Sequence record: PQ805429.1
DNA from: Escherichia phage EK5
Reading direction: 5' to 3' (one strand)
Length of the DNA stretch: 64,000 nt
Shown: one piece after another, positions 1 to 12,045 of the stretch
Numbering within the stretch: the first letter of the stretch is position 1
How the letters are laid out: the number at the start of each line of letters is the position of its first letter
Position numbers and translations under genes: made by a program
Notes under the pieces: generated by a model
What the model was told of the DNA's origin: nothing
The model's input: only the letters and a program-made list of their open reading frames with translations
The model's database searches: none

Positions 1-51
1 TGCTAATCACAATGGATTGTTAGAAGCTCTGAAAGAGCGTGGAATAGAATA

Positions 52-1544
<1,493 letters not shown>

Positions 1545-1548
<4 letters not shown>

Positions 1549-2438
1549 ATGAAGAGGTAAAAGCTTTAAAGAAAGCTCTTGCAATTAAAATCAAACATTT
1601 AAATTTCGTCAGAGATGAGTTGGAGGAGCTATCCAACTTATCAGGATATGAGTTACAGAATGAGCTTGTAGAGTTTCAAATCAATATTGATGGCGGTAAA
1701 TACGTAGAAACAACTAGAGCGATTTTACCTAAAGTTACTGGTAACAAAACTTCTCCAATAGACTACTCACATGACCACACGGAGCAATTAGAAATGGAAT
1801 CTCAAGGCAATCCAGCACTGACCAATATGGTGGGAGATTCCCATTATAAGCCTTTAGTAGTAATTCTTAATGGGCCTCCGGGTTGTGGTAAAGATACGAT
1901 AGCCAATGCTTGGGTTAATGCCCATTCATACCATCACAATTATTCAACCAAATCCTTCAAGGAGCCAATGTACAAGGTAGCTGCTGCTGCACTAGGCATA
2001 CCTCTAGAAAACTTTCTAGCACGCTATGAAGACCGTGAATGGAAAGAAAAACCTAGACCAGAATGGGGAGGGAAGTCTGTAAGAGATTTGATGATTTCTA
2101 CAAGTGAAGACTTCTTAAAACCTATGTTTGGCAACAATCATATGGGGGATCTTGCTGTAAAAAGCATCAAACAAGAAGGGCTAGGTCAGGATGATATTGT
2201 CGTGTTTACTGACGGAGGTTTTGATGCAGAGGTACGAGAACTAGAAAAGAATTTCCATGTCCAAGTTGTCCAAGTTCTTAGAGATGGTTGCTCTTTTGAT
2301 GGAGACTCTCGCTCATATATTGAAGGCGAACAGAGAAAAACATATCTACTGTTTAATGACTCAACTATTGAATCAGCAGTATCAGATCTAGATTGGATTA
2401 TTGCACAAGCTCAGGATGATATTTATGGAAGAAGTTAA
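1545..2438 (+). CDS. P-loop NTPase/kinase-like protein with N-terminal coiled coil
   Basis: Walker A VVILNGPPGCGKDT; ATG at 1545 overlaps upstream stop (ATGA), SD GGAGAG. Confidence 0.5.
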
Positions 2439-3243
2439 GCTCCCTGAAGTTGCTATAGTGGATGCTGACGTTCTTCGATATGAAGTGGGTGCTCTTACTC
2501 AGGAGCATCCCTTTCTTGACACAGGACGTGTTCCAGTTGATTACAATTTCATGATTGAACGACTTCAGTACAAGATAGATACAATCATTGCTCGCTCAGG
2601 TTGCAGCAAGGTTGTGTTCTACTTCAGCGAAGGTGGTAACTTCCGTTTTGATGTTGCTAAGCAGCAAGACTATAAAGCAAATAGACCTCCCGGAGAGAGA
2701 CCTTTTCACTGGCAAAATGTTGGTGATTATATTAAAGGTAAATATGAATACATAGATGTATTTGGGAGAGAGGCTGATGATGCACTAGCTGAAAGGCAAC
2801 GTAGGGATAAGAACACTATCATCTGTACTAGAGACAAGGATTTGTTGATAACTCCCGGATGGCACTACCGTTGGGCTTGTGGAGAAAGACAGAAAGAAGT
2901 TCCTCCTCACTATGTATCTGATTTAGTTTCATGGCAAAACTTCTTCTATCAGATGTTGATTGGAGATGGTACAGATAATATCCCCGGATGTGGGGAACGT
3001 AAAGAGGTTATGTGGGGTGGTAAACTTCAGCTTCGACGTCAAGGTATAGGGAAGAAGGCAGCAACTAAATTACTAGCTGATGTTACAGATAAGTGGACCA
3101 TGTATCATATAGTACGAATGGAATATTATAAGAAGTTCGATACTGAAGATGAAGAGAAGATGCTTGAGAATGCTAGGCTGCTCTTTGTTGGTCAGACTCC
3201 GGAAGATTTATTTGATTGGACATGGTTGGATAGAGAATGGTAA
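2425..3243 (+). CDS. 5'-3' exonuclease / flap endonuclease (T7 gp6 or T5 D15 type)
   Basis: PIN/FEN motifs YKANR, GREADDALA, TRDKDL, GDGTDNIPG, GIGKKAATKLL; start uncertain (ATG 2416 or 2425; ORF opens at 2401). Confidence 0.8.
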   Translation: MEEVKLPEVAIVDADVLRYEVGALTQEHPFLDTGRVPVDYNFMIERLQYKIDTIIARSGCSKVVFYFSEGGNFRFDVAKQQDYKANRPPGERPFHWQNVGDYIKGKYEYIDVFGREADDALAERQRRDKNTIICTRDKDLLITPGWHYRWACGERQKEVPPHYVSDLVSWQNFFYQMLIGDGTDNIPGCGERKEVMWGGKLQLRRQGIGKKAATKLLADVTDKWTMYHIVRMEYYKKFDTEDEEKMLENARLLFVGQTPEDLFDWTWLDREW

Positions 3244-3749
3244 CAGATTATAGATCTAGTAATACCCCAGAAGACATTAGAGATTTATGGCAAACTCCTA
3301 AATGGCTGTTTGATTTCTTTAACACAAGGTTTGAATTCTCCTGTGATATAGCATCTAGTGACAAGAATCATCTACTAGAAAAATATATAACAGAGGAAAT
3401 GAATTCTCTAACCTATGATTTCTCTGAGTTCAGAAACACTTACACTTGGTGTAATCCTCCATATTCAGATATAACTCCTTGGGTTGACTTGGCAATCAAA
3501 AACAAGAAACTTAAAGTTGGTACAGTTTTATTACTACCAGCTGATACTTCTGTTAAGTGGTTTACTAAGTGTATAAACCATGCTGATGAGATTGTTTTCA
3601 TAACAGGTGGTCGTGTGAGTTTCACAAGAGCAGATACACAGCAAAGTGTTAGTGGTAACACTAAAGGAAGTGTAGTAGTCATCTTCTCCACTGAAGCAGA
3701 GAGACGTAAGCTCTCAACCTCCTATATAGAAAGAGACTGGATAAAATAA
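3237..3749 (+). CDS. Phage-type DNA N6-adenine methyltransferase
   Basis: Catalytic NPPY motif (WCNPPYSD), N-terminal WQTPKWLF and C-terminal GGRVSF typical of the phage Dam family. Confidence 0.75.
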   Translation: MVTDYRSSNTPEDIRDLWQTPKWLFDFFNTRFEFSCDIASSDKNHLLEKYITEEMNSLTYDFSEFRNTYTWCNPPYSDITPWVDLAIKNKKLKVGTVLLLPADTSVKWFTKCINHADEIVFITGGRVSFTRADTQQSVSGNTKGSVVVIFSTEAERRKLSTSYIERDWIK

Positions 3750-3925
3750 GGATATTATAATGGGTAAATTTGATTATCGTTCATATGATGAAAACTCATC
3801 CAATCGTGAATCTCGTAAAGATCAAAAGATTAAACATCAACTGTTTGATCAGCGAACCGGTCGTATTCCTCGTGAGGGCAAAGTGAGCCATCGTGTAAAC
3901 AAACGAGTTTGGGAAGAAGCTGATT

Positions 3926-4327
3926 ATGGCGAAGTCTGAGAAGACTCGCTGTAGTGGAATGTGGACTGAAGCTCGTTATAACTCTTTCATCAAGTCAGGG
4001 ATTCGTTCTCTGACTAGAAAATGGAAGCCCATGTTCGATGCACTAGCAGACGCCAAGACAGAGCAGAAGATTAATCCAAAGACAGGCAGACTGGCAATGC
4101 ACTTTAAGTGTGCCATGTGTGGTTCTGACCACCCTGTAAAGGATATGGCTATTGACCACATAGAGCCTATAGTTCCTCTTGACCATGAAGCCACTTGGGA
4201 TGAGATCATCTCTCGTGCTCTGTGTGAGAAAGAAGGTTTTCAGGTTCTGTGTAAAGACCCTTGTCATAAGATTAAAACAAAAGAAGAGAATGATGCAAGA
4301 AAACAATTCAAAAAAGGAAATGAGTGA
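3926..4327 (+). CDS. HNH endonuclease
   Basis: CAMCGS...DHIEPIV...LC..PCHKIK arrangement (HNH Cys/His spacing). Confidence 0.55.
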   Translation: MAKSEKTRCSGMWTEARYNSFIKSGIRSLTRKWKPMFDALADAKTEQKINPKTGRLAMHFKCAMCGSDHPVKDMAIDHIEPIVPLDHEATWDEIISRALCEKEGFQVLCKDPCHKIKTKEENDARKQFKKGNE

Positions 4328-4547
4328 TGATCAAAAATCTACGCAACAAGTGCTTCGCTTTCGCTATCGCAATTGGAGAGGCGAGGTTGCTGACCGGTCC
4401 GTTATTCCACTCCGAACCTCCGTTGCTAGCTCCCGTTTTCATAACGGTGGCAAACCTTGTTGGATTATGACAGCGATAGATGTAGAGAAAGATGAGATTC
4501 GAGAGTTCAAACTCTCTGACATTATTCAGTATTACGATTTAATCTAG
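4320..4547 (+). CDS. Hypothetical protein
   Basis: ATG at 4320 overlapping the HNH stop; 75 aa; no recognised motif. Confidence 0.4.
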   Translation: MSDDQKSTQQVLRFRYRNWRGEVADRSVIPLRTSVASSRFHNGGKPCWIMTAIDVEKDEIREFKLSDIIQYYDLI

Positions 4548-4872
4548 GAACTGACATGATCACACAAGCAGATAAAAACAAGCTCTTCGACTTAATCCAT
4601 GACCTACTAGAAGCTCAGAGCTTTATTGATAATGCCGATACTTGGGAGATGGAAGCAGCTGGAAAAGCTTTTGATGAAAGTGAAGAGAAACTTACTAATT
4701 TTATAAACACAATCTAGGAGGGTATATGAATGAAGAAGTTGTTATCCTTGGAAGTAAATCGGATTGGTTCTATGGAGGCATCTCAGGATGCTTTGAAGAT
4801 GAACATCCAGACTTCTGAAGAGAATTGGGATGTATGACGAATTTGATGGTTTTTAAAACTTAGAAACAAATA

Positions 4873-4906
4873 AAGCCCCTTCCTTTCGGTTGGGGCTTTT
4901 CTTTTA
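4873..4906. terminator. Bidirectional rho-independent terminator between convergent blocks
   Basis: AAGCCCC ... GGGGCTT hairpin flanked by T-runs on both strands; sits between the rightward block and the end of the leftward late block. Confidence 0.6.
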
Positions 4907-7900
4907 TCACTCCTTAGGTCGAACTCTTACACGGAGTCTCGATTGACGCTTACTGCGTTCAAGCTTCTCTGACAATGAGCCACGTTTAATCTTAGGCTTC
5001 CCTTCGTCATTAAACTTCTCCAAGAACTGCAAGTACTCAGTACGATTTGTTGTCTTGTAAGAAGGAATCTTGATATCAGGATTCTCTTCAATCACACGTC
5101 TCATCTTCGCTACATCATCCCTACCAAGCAACTTACTCTTAGCCTGTTCAGCTGTAGAACCAAAGATTTTCTCCAGTGCTCTAGATTTGTTACCACCTGC
5201 GGACGAAGCACCAAGTTTAGCAATGGCAGAGTAATCATCAGCACTAAACCAAGCTACTGGATTATCACCATACTTCTTCTTGTTTTCAGCAGCAGTCTGC
5301 AATGCACGTACAAAGCGACGGTTGTTACCAGCCTTATCTGCACCATGAACCCTGTCTAAAACTTCAGCCACACTAGCCAACTCATCCAAGCTCTTCCCAC
5401 TCAAGAAAGCTTTCTCTACTTTATCAGCAAAGACCTCTTCCTGTTGTTTAATGCTTTCCAAGATATCAGAATTTGCTTGAGATTTTTCATCATCAGGCAG
5501 AGCAGAACGAATCTTCTCCATCTCCAATTCTTCCTCTTGCAGTTTCTTAATATCAGAGTCAACCTTCTGAGCCTCCTCAATAGCCTTCCTAGTATCCGCA
5601 TCCAAGTTATCAAGCTTACCTTCAGTATCTCCAGTAACCTTAACAATCTCTTTCTCGATAGGAGTCATTGATTCGTACTTCTTAGCAAACTTCTCAACAT
5701 CAGCTTCGATACGAGAACGAGCATTCTGATGTTCAGTAGGAGTCATAGGTTTCTCAAGAAGTGCATAACGGTTGTCCATATAGGAACCAGCAAACGCTTC
5801 AGCATCCTCTCTAGATATGCCCTTATCTTCCATAGTACGCATCAGGCGGCGATGAATGTCATCACGTTGACGTTGTACTGCCATAAGATCATTCTCACGC
5901 TCTTGGGCCGCTTTAAGCTCTTCACTGCGCTTAACTCTCTTGTCCACATCAAACTTACGGTTCATCTCTTCCGCTTGCTCGTACATCTTGTTCCACTTGG
6001 CCTGACGAGCATCTTCCTCTGCATCAGTTAAACGACGCTGACGATCAAGGTAATCTGACTCGGCGTTGTGGATACGTTCAATGTAACTACGGAACTTCTC
6101 TGGAGGAACTGGAGAGTTCTTGTCATGGTGAGCAGCCAACTGTTTCAATGTACGAGATTCCTGAGCCTCACGAACAGGTTTAGGTAAACCTTCCATCATC
6201 TTCTCAATCTCACTCTTCTGAGCTGCAATAGCCTCTAAAGTTTTACGTTCATTCTCAACAGCAGCCTTAGCATCTGAACGAGCCTGAGCCTTTTTCCTGA
6301 GGGTAGCAAGACGTTCTTCACGAGCCTGTAAGTGCTTAGCAGCAGCTTCGTATTGAGAGTTCTTGTTAGCTTTGTTGAAGGCATTCACTTCTCTGTTGTA
6401 GGTGTTAATAAACCCATCCCAAATATCCTTCATCTGACCAACTTCCAAAGCCTCTTCCCTACCAGCCTTCTCTGAAGATTTAAACTTCCCATCTACAAAG
6501 TCATTCATCAGCTTACGCATAGCATCTTTCTGAGCAGGACGTAAAGGTTCTGAATCAATCAAAGCATCAATCTCAGACTGAAGCTCTTTCTTCTGATCAA
6601 CCAGTTTAGGAGCATCTTTCTTATCGAAAGCTTTGTTCTCTTCTAGAGCTTGTTGGTACAGTCTATCAAACTCATCCTCACGCTGCTTCTGATACAACCT
6701 TTCAGCACGACGTTTCAGACTATCCAAGTTAGTTACGTTCCCACCTAAACCTTTCTCTTCAGCACGTAATGCCTTAGTAGCAATGTCTTCTGGCAGACCA
6801 CGTTCTTTAACCCATTCAGCAAAATTAGTTCGTACAGTGTTGTTCTTAGCAGTAGCAATACCTTGCTGAGAGGCCAGCTGGTTACGAGCCATTTCTTCAT
6901 GACGTTCAGTGTTGATAGCATTATCTTCCTGACGAATACGACGCATCAGTTCCTTAGGATCGCCTTTATAAGCCAAGAAGTTTTCAGCAGTAGCTTTAGC
7001 TTTAGCAGCCTTAGAGTACAGAGAACGAGCAAAGCGTTCTGCACGATCTTTAGTAGCCTGACGAGCAGCACTAGACATAGCAGCTAAACGTTCTACACCA
7101 CTTGCCGGTTTAACGTCCTGTACAGCTTCCTTAGGAGCTTTAGGAGCACGAGCAGGTAATGGCTCAGCTTTGACTGTTGGTTCCTCTACGGTTGGTTCTG
7201 GAGCCTGTGCGGCCTCTTCTTGAGCACGTTGCTGTTCCATTGCACGACGCTCCTCTAGAGGGTTACGAGCAGGGAGAGGTTCAGCCCGTGGAGCTTGTTC
7301 GACCGGAGCTTCTTGAGCTGCTGCTGCCTCTTCTTCAGCGCGACGCTGTTCAGCCTGACGGATAGCGCGTCTTTGCGCAACTAAATCACGAGCTGTGAGA
7401 GGGGTTTCTTGAGGAGTAGAAGAAGGAAGATTTTCTTCCGTCACAGTACTAGAAGAAGGCTCCCGAACCGGTTCGGTTTCCACGTCATTTTGCGTCTTAA
7501 ATTTAATGTCATCAACAACTGGTTCTTCTTCCATCTTAGCACGAGCTTCATCAGCAGTAGATTTAGCACGAGCAACTTCCAAATCACCACGAGCCAGAGA
7601 GCGGATAGCTTCACTATTAGACTCTTGTTGCTTAACACGTTGAGAACGGGCACGCTGAGAAGAGAAGCGATTCAGAGCATATTTAGCAGCACCGAGAGTG
7701 TTCATCACCAGACTAGGAGAAGAAGCCTCACGGAATCCATCATCAGTCAAGGAAGTCCAACCACGATCTTGGTTGCTCATGAATTTAGCTGTATTGTTCA
7801 GAGTGTAAGCATCTTGAATAGGATTAAAACCTTCAGGCATACCTTTCAGTTTCTTCAACCCACCAATAGCTTTCTTCATCTCTGGAGAAACATTATCAGC

Positions 7901-9328
7901 CATCTTCTGTAGTTCAGCAGCTTTCTCTACAAAGTTATTAAAGTCTTCACCATCACGAGCTTTGAATCGATTTGCTTCATTGTAGAAAGTCTTGTAAGCA
8001 TCAATGAAATCACGGTCAGCTTGTGTACGATTCTTAATATCAATCGGACTACCAGTAAAATCACCAGAAGCTCGGAGAGAAGTTAATTCACGGTCTAGGT
8101 TATCTAGAACATCTGTAAGAGCTTTCGTATTGTCTTTGGTGTAATCAGCCATTGCATCCTTCATAGCAACAGCCTGCTTCTGGTTGTGCTCGTTGTCAGC
8201 GAATGCTTTACCACGAGTCTTAGCAGGAGAAGCTAAAGGGTTGAGGCCCGGAATGTTGGAATGTTCTTTCTGAACGGAAGCAGCTTTCTCAGCACGAGCT
8301 TGGTCAGTATTAAGAATACGCTGAGCAGCAGGAGAGTCTACAGCAACAGCATCTGTAATACGGAATCCATTCTCATCCAGAAGGTTCAGAGCAGAAGCAG
8401 CGTTAGCAGTTTCAGCTTTAGAGTAAGCTTCTTTCAGTTCATCAATATTCTTAGCACTACGAATTAGTTCATCATCAGCAGCAATATCAGTCTTCGCATA
8501 CTCTGGAGTGTTCTTGAAGACAGTAGAATCCGGACGGCTAATCAAACCATGAACCCCACCAACTGCACCACCGAATGCAGCACCCATAGCCCCTTCTTCG
8601 ATAACACCTTCCAATGTCTTAGCTAGATCGTTGTCGTCGCCATACTTGTTCTGAACTTCAGCAGCACCCACAAGAGCACCACCTTTAGCACCAGCCACTG
8701 CGTTACTAGCAACGTTCTGACCAATACGTCCAAGTGTGGACTCAGCTGTACCAACAGCACCCGGAAGGATTCTCTGAGCCGCATAGTTAGCACCACCAAC
8801 TAAGGCTGCATCTAGAATAGACTTATCCTCTCCCTCTTCAGGGGTTTGGTCTGCATATGCACGACCTGTCTCACGACCTGCGATGATAGCAGCAGCAGCC
8901 AATGGGTTAGCAACTGTCAAACCGATATCACCAGCAACGCCAGCATACTGACCGACAGTTTTACCAATCCCATCCTCAATCTTATCCATACGTTCTTTCA
9001 GAAGGTTCTGAGAGTTCTCTTGGATACGCTTACCATAACTAGTTTGTGCTCCAGCTAGATTCTCACCAATCTCAACTAAACCACCAATACCTTTAGCAGC
9101 ACTAGCTGCAATATTTGCACCACCAGATTGAAGAGCATTTGACACACCTTGAGCAAACTCACCTATAGCACCACGTTCTTCTTGTTGTGGTTGTGCTACT
9201 GGTTGTTCCTCAGGAATAGAGCCACCTGCTGCCTTATATTGTTCTCTCATTTGAGCTTGTTGCTCCGGAGAGGCATTCAGATACGCAGGAGCTTTGGAAG
9301 CTTCTTCCCACGGTTTAATGTTAGCCAT
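4907..9328 (-). CDS. Large virion internal/ejection protein or tape-measure-like protein (1473 aa)
   Basis: Start at MANIKPWEE with SD AAAGGAG; long coiled-coil E/K/R/A-rich regions plus a G/A-rich hydrophobic segment; last gene of the late block. Confidence 0.55.
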   Translation of the reverse strand: MANIKPWEEASKAPAYLNASPEQQAQMREQYKAAGGSIPEEQPVAQPQQEERGAIGEFAQGVSNALQSGGANIAASAAKGIGGLVEIGENLAGAQTSYGKRIQENSQNLLKERMDKIEDGIGKTVGQYAGVAGDIGLTVANPLAAAAIIAGRETGRAYADQTPEEGEDKSILDAALVGGANYAAQRILPGAVGTAESTLGRIGQNVASNAVAGAKGGALVGAAEVQNKYGDDNDLAKTLEGVIEEGAMGAAFGGAVGGVHGLISRPDSTVFKNTPEYAKTDIAADDELIRSAKNIDELKEAYSKAETANAASALNLLDENGFRITDAVAVDSPAAQRILNTDQARAEKAASVQKEHSNIPGLNPLASPAKTRGKAFADNEHNQKQAVAMKDAMADYTKDNTKALTDVLDNLDRELTSLRASGDFTGSPIDIKNRTQADRDFIDAYKTFYNEANRFKARDGEDFNNFVEKAAELQKMADNVSPEMKKAIGGLKKLKGMPEGFNPIQDAYTLNNTAKFMSNQDRGWTSLTDDGFREASSPSLVMNTLGAAKYALNRFSSQRARSQRVKQQESNSEAIRSLARGDLEVARAKSTADEARAKMEEEPVVDDIKFKTQNDVETEPVREPSSSTVTEENLPSSTPQETPLTARDLVAQRRAIRQAEQRRAEEEAAAAQEAPVEQAPRAEPLPARNPLEERRAMEQQRAQEEAAQAPEPTVEEPTVKAEPLPARAPKAPKEAVQDVKPASGVERLAAMSSAARQATKDRAERFARSLYSKAAKAKATAENFLAYKGDPKELMRRIRQEDNAINTERHEEMARNQLASQQGIATAKNNTVRTNFAEWVKERGLPEDIATKALRAEEKGLGGNVTNLDSLKRRAERLYQKQREDEFDRLYQQALEENKAFDKKDAPKLVDQKKELQSEIDALIDSEPLRPAQKDAMRKLMNDFVDGKFKSSEKAGREEALEVGQMKDIWDGFINTYNREVNAFNKANKNSQYEAAAKHLQAREERLATLRKKAQARSDAKAAVENERKTLEAIAAQKSEIEKMMEGLPKPVREAQESRTLKQLAAHHDKNSPVPPEKFRSYIERIHNAESDYLDRQRRLTDAEEDARQAKWNKMYEQAEEMNRKFDVDKRVKRSEELKAAQERENDLMAVQRQRDDIHRRLMRTMEDKGISREDAEAFAGSYMDNRYALLEKPMTPTEHQNARSRIEADVEKFAKKYESMTPIEKEIVKVTGDTEGKLDNLDADTRKAIEEAQKVDSDIKKLQEEELEMEKIRSALPDDEKSQANSDILESIKQQEEVFADKVEKAFLSGKSLDELASVAEVLDRVHGADKAGNNRRFVRALQTAAENKKKYGDNPVAWFSADDYSAIAKLGASSAGGNKSRALEKIFGSTAEQAKSKLLGRDDVAKMRRVIEENPDIKIPSYKTTNRTEYLQFLEKFNDEGKPKIKRGSLSEKLERSKRQSRLRVRVRPKE

Positions 9329-9395
9329 AACGTCTCCTTTTATAAATAAAAATGTCCTACCCCCTATATACATTATGGAAGGCAGGACTTAGGTC

Positions 9396-11051
9396 TTATT
9401 GAGTAAACCAGCTAGTGTCTTCGACAGCTGATAAAGCACCATTAAGCTTAGGATTGGTTGCTGCACCACCAACTGCTTCTTCTGCTTGTTCAGAGAAAAC
9501 ACCTAGAGGGTCATAGAAACCACCAGAAGGGATTGCACGGTTAACCAATGCAGTAGCTCTCTTCTTATCCATACCAGAACCGATGTAAGCTTCAATCGTA
9601 GCTCTCTTAGCATCAGCAACACCTTTCATTGCAGAGGTGTGACCAACGTTAGCTTGCTTACGAGCATAAGCAAGAGCAGAATCAGTAGGACGCCATCCAG
9701 ACTTCAGTGCAAACTTGTTGCCAACACGAACGAAGATTGATGGGTCTTCTGCAAAGTGCCCCAAGTCTTCTTCGGTAAGAGAACGAGTAGCACCGATTTC
9801 AGCCCTTGCGGAGTTCATGATAGCCTGCATGTAAGCAGAACGAGCTGTCTGATAGTCTTTATCCTTAACAGCCTTATCAGCCAAATCCAAGTCTTTATTA
9901 GACTGGTTAAACAGGCCACCTTTCTCTGCCCACTGCTTAGCAACCGTACCTTCAGCTGTATTCTGAGCAAGACGAACTTCTTTCGGGTTAAAGTTAAAAC
10001 TCTGAGCAGCTTGTTCAGCACGTTCAGCCTTAACCTTATCACGATAACCAATCAACTCTTTCTGACGTTCAAAGTTCATGTTAGCTCTTTCTTCAGCGGC
10101 ACGACGAGTTTCATCAGCACGCTCACGCATAGTTTGCTCTTGAATCTGTTGACGTCTATCCCATTCAGCATTTTGTCGTTCTTCACGAGCAGCATACAGC
10201 GCTTCTTTCTGAGCAGGGTCTACAGCTCTCATCTTCAGTAGAGACGGGTCTCCGTTAGCAATAGCAGCTGCGATTGAGTCTTGAGAGAAGCCTTGTTCAA
10301 TCAGAGCATCACGGTTAGCTTCCAGTTGCTTCTTAGTCTCATCTTGATTAGCCATTCCCTGACCAATCTGGAAAGCTTCAATAGGAGACTTACCTGACAT
10401 AATGGAAAGACCTACACCCATCAAACCTGTGTAGAAACTGGAGTTTTGGTAGAATGGTTCTTTCTGTAGTTTGTTCCAAGCTTCCGAAGGGTCTTTAGCT
10501 TTCGCAACTTGCAAGATATCATTGTTAACACGTTCCTGATCTTTAGCACGAGTAGCAGCAGTCATTCCATCACCAGTGTCTTGTCCTTGAGCAAGAGTGT
10601 TAATCACACCTTGTGCCTGTTCCACCTGAGAAGGAGTAAACTCCATAGGACCAGCTTCTAACGGTTTAGTAGGAGGTGTTACCGGAAGAGGGTCACTAGG
10701 CATAAGCCCAGCATCCTGTAAACCTTGATCAGTGGATAGGTTAGGGTTAGACGCTACAGGGGCCGGTGCTCCAATATCAATACCCTGAAGACTGGTAGGA
10801 GTTCCTTGATTCTGCTGTTCCATAAGACGTTGCTGGAACCCCGGATTAACCATAGCATCCTGATCTTCTTCTGCCTGAGAGACAAGACCCGCAAGAGATG
10901 AAGGTACAGCAGGACGTTGATACATAGAAATATCTGCTGTCTGAGTTGGTCTAGCCATATAAGGAGAGGCCGAAGCCGCTCCCGGATTAACACCATAGAA
11001 AGTATTTCTCGGGTCACGACTTCTGACCTGAGCGTAAGTTGTCTGTTGCAT
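9396..11051 (-). CDS. Virion internal protein (551 aa)
   Basis: Position among internal/tail genes; no catalytic motif recognised. Confidence 0.45.
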   Translation of the reverse strand: MQQTTYAQVRSRDPRNTFYGVNPGAASASPYMARPTQTADISMYQRPAVPSSLAGLVSQAEEDQDAMVNPGFQQRLMEQQNQGTPTSLQGIDIGAPAPVASNPNLSTDQGLQDAGLMPSDPLPVTPPTKPLEAGPMEFTPSQVEQAQGVINTLAQGQDTGDGMTAATRAKDQERVNNDILQVAKAKDPSEAWNKLQKEPFYQNSSFYTGLMGVGLSIMSGKSPIEAFQIGQGMANQDETKKQLEANRDALIEQGFSQDSIAAAIANGDPSLLKMRAVDPAQKEALYAAREERQNAEWDRRQQIQEQTMRERADETRRAAEERANMNFERQKELIGYRDKVKAERAEQAAQSFNFNPKEVRLAQNTAEGTVAKQWAEKGGLFNQSNKDLDLADKAVKDKDYQTARSAYMQAIMNSARAEIGATRSLTEEDLGHFAEDPSIFVRVGNKFALKSGWRPTDSALAYARKQANVGHTSAMKGVADAKRATIEAYIGSGMDKKRATALVNRAIPSGGFYDPLGVFSEQAEEAVGGAATNPKLNGALSAVEDTSWFTQ

Positions 11052-11064
11052 ATATGTCTCCTAA

Positions 11065-12033
11065 TTAAGTACTAGCCAACCCACCGATTACACCCCCAGC
11101 TAATGCACCCCAAGGCCCAAAGGAAGAACCTGCTGCTGCACCACTCATAGCCCCACCTAAGAAGCCACCGCCACCACCAGATGTTTTAGTAGTTGTAGTT
11201 TGTCCGAGAGCGCCATTAAGTACACCTGCTGCACCGAGTTGGTTATTGATATCTTGCCATCCCCAATTAGCTGCGTTCTGAGCATTCTGGTAGGCATTAT
11301 CATATTCATTCTGTTGTTGCTGTTGTTGCTGCAACCCTGCATTCCATTGATTCATTATTTGCTGTTGAGACAAATTAGCACCCTGCTGACCTAGGTTAGA
11401 AAGGTTAGAACCAATATTAGAAAGACCAGAGAGAGCAGCTGCCTGATTCTGTCTATTACCAGAGAGGATGCTTTCAGCTTGGCTAATAGCCGAGTTATAG
11501 GCACTATTGGTAATATCTGTTGCTTGGCCTTGCATCTGATTCAGAGCATCACCTTGGGCAAAAGACTTAGCCATACGAGCACCTGAACCTTGTTGACCAG
11601 CAAACTGTTGAGCTAACTGAGGAAGAGCATTACGTGCCAAGTTCTGTTGAACCTGTTCATTATTAGCTGTAATGGCTGCCTGAACAGCATCGTCGTCATA
11701 CAGTTGACCAGCAAGAGCACCAATCTGTTCTCCAGTAATCCCTCCTTGTCCAGAGAGGCTCTGATAGCCTTTATAGGCGTTATCGAGATACCCTAACCCT
11801 TGACCTGCTGCATCCATATATTGCTGTGAGAGAGTGCCTAAAGCTCCAGATTGTGCTAGGTTATTAAGTGCCTCTGTCTGATTATTATTAAACCCTACAT
11901 TGTCACGATAAACATAATCCCCTGAACTAGTATTACCAATCTGTTGGTTAAGCTGGTCAATATACTGTTGAATGTATTCAGGGCGAATCATTTGGGAAGT
12001 AGTTTTACTACCCCCGCCTCCGAAAAGTCCCAT
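11065..12033 (-). CDS. Q/N/G-rich virion protein, paralog A
   Basis: Strong Q/N/G/A bias; N-terminus MGLFGGGGSKTT parallels the neighbouring gene. Confidence 0.5.
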   Translation of the reverse strand: MGLFGGGGSKTTSQMIRPEYIQQYIDQLNQQIGNTSSGDYVYRDNVGFNNNQTEALNNLAQSGALGTLSQQYMDAAGQGLGYLDNAYKGYQSLSGQGGITGEQIGALAGQLYDDDAVQAAITANNEQVQQNLARNALPQLAQQFAGQQGSGARMAKSFAQGDALNQMQGQATDITNSAYNSAISQAESILSGNRQNQAAALSGLSNIGSNLSNLGQQGANLSQQQIMNQWNAGLQQQQQQQNEYDNAYQNAQNAANWGWQDINNQLGAAGVLNGALGQTTTTKTSGGGGGFLGGAMSGAAAGSSFGPWGALAGGVIGGLAST

Positions 12034-12045
12034 ATCAAATCTCCT

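Noticed and set aside
5416-6031. ORFs 5416..5646(-), 5444..5671(+) and 5729..6031(+) inside the 1473-aa gene
   Set aside because: They lie within or antisense to a long, well-supported gene with repetitive K/E/L-rich composition, have no SD, and their proteins are low-complexity; treated as frame artefacts. The same applies to other short ORFs nested in the large late genes.
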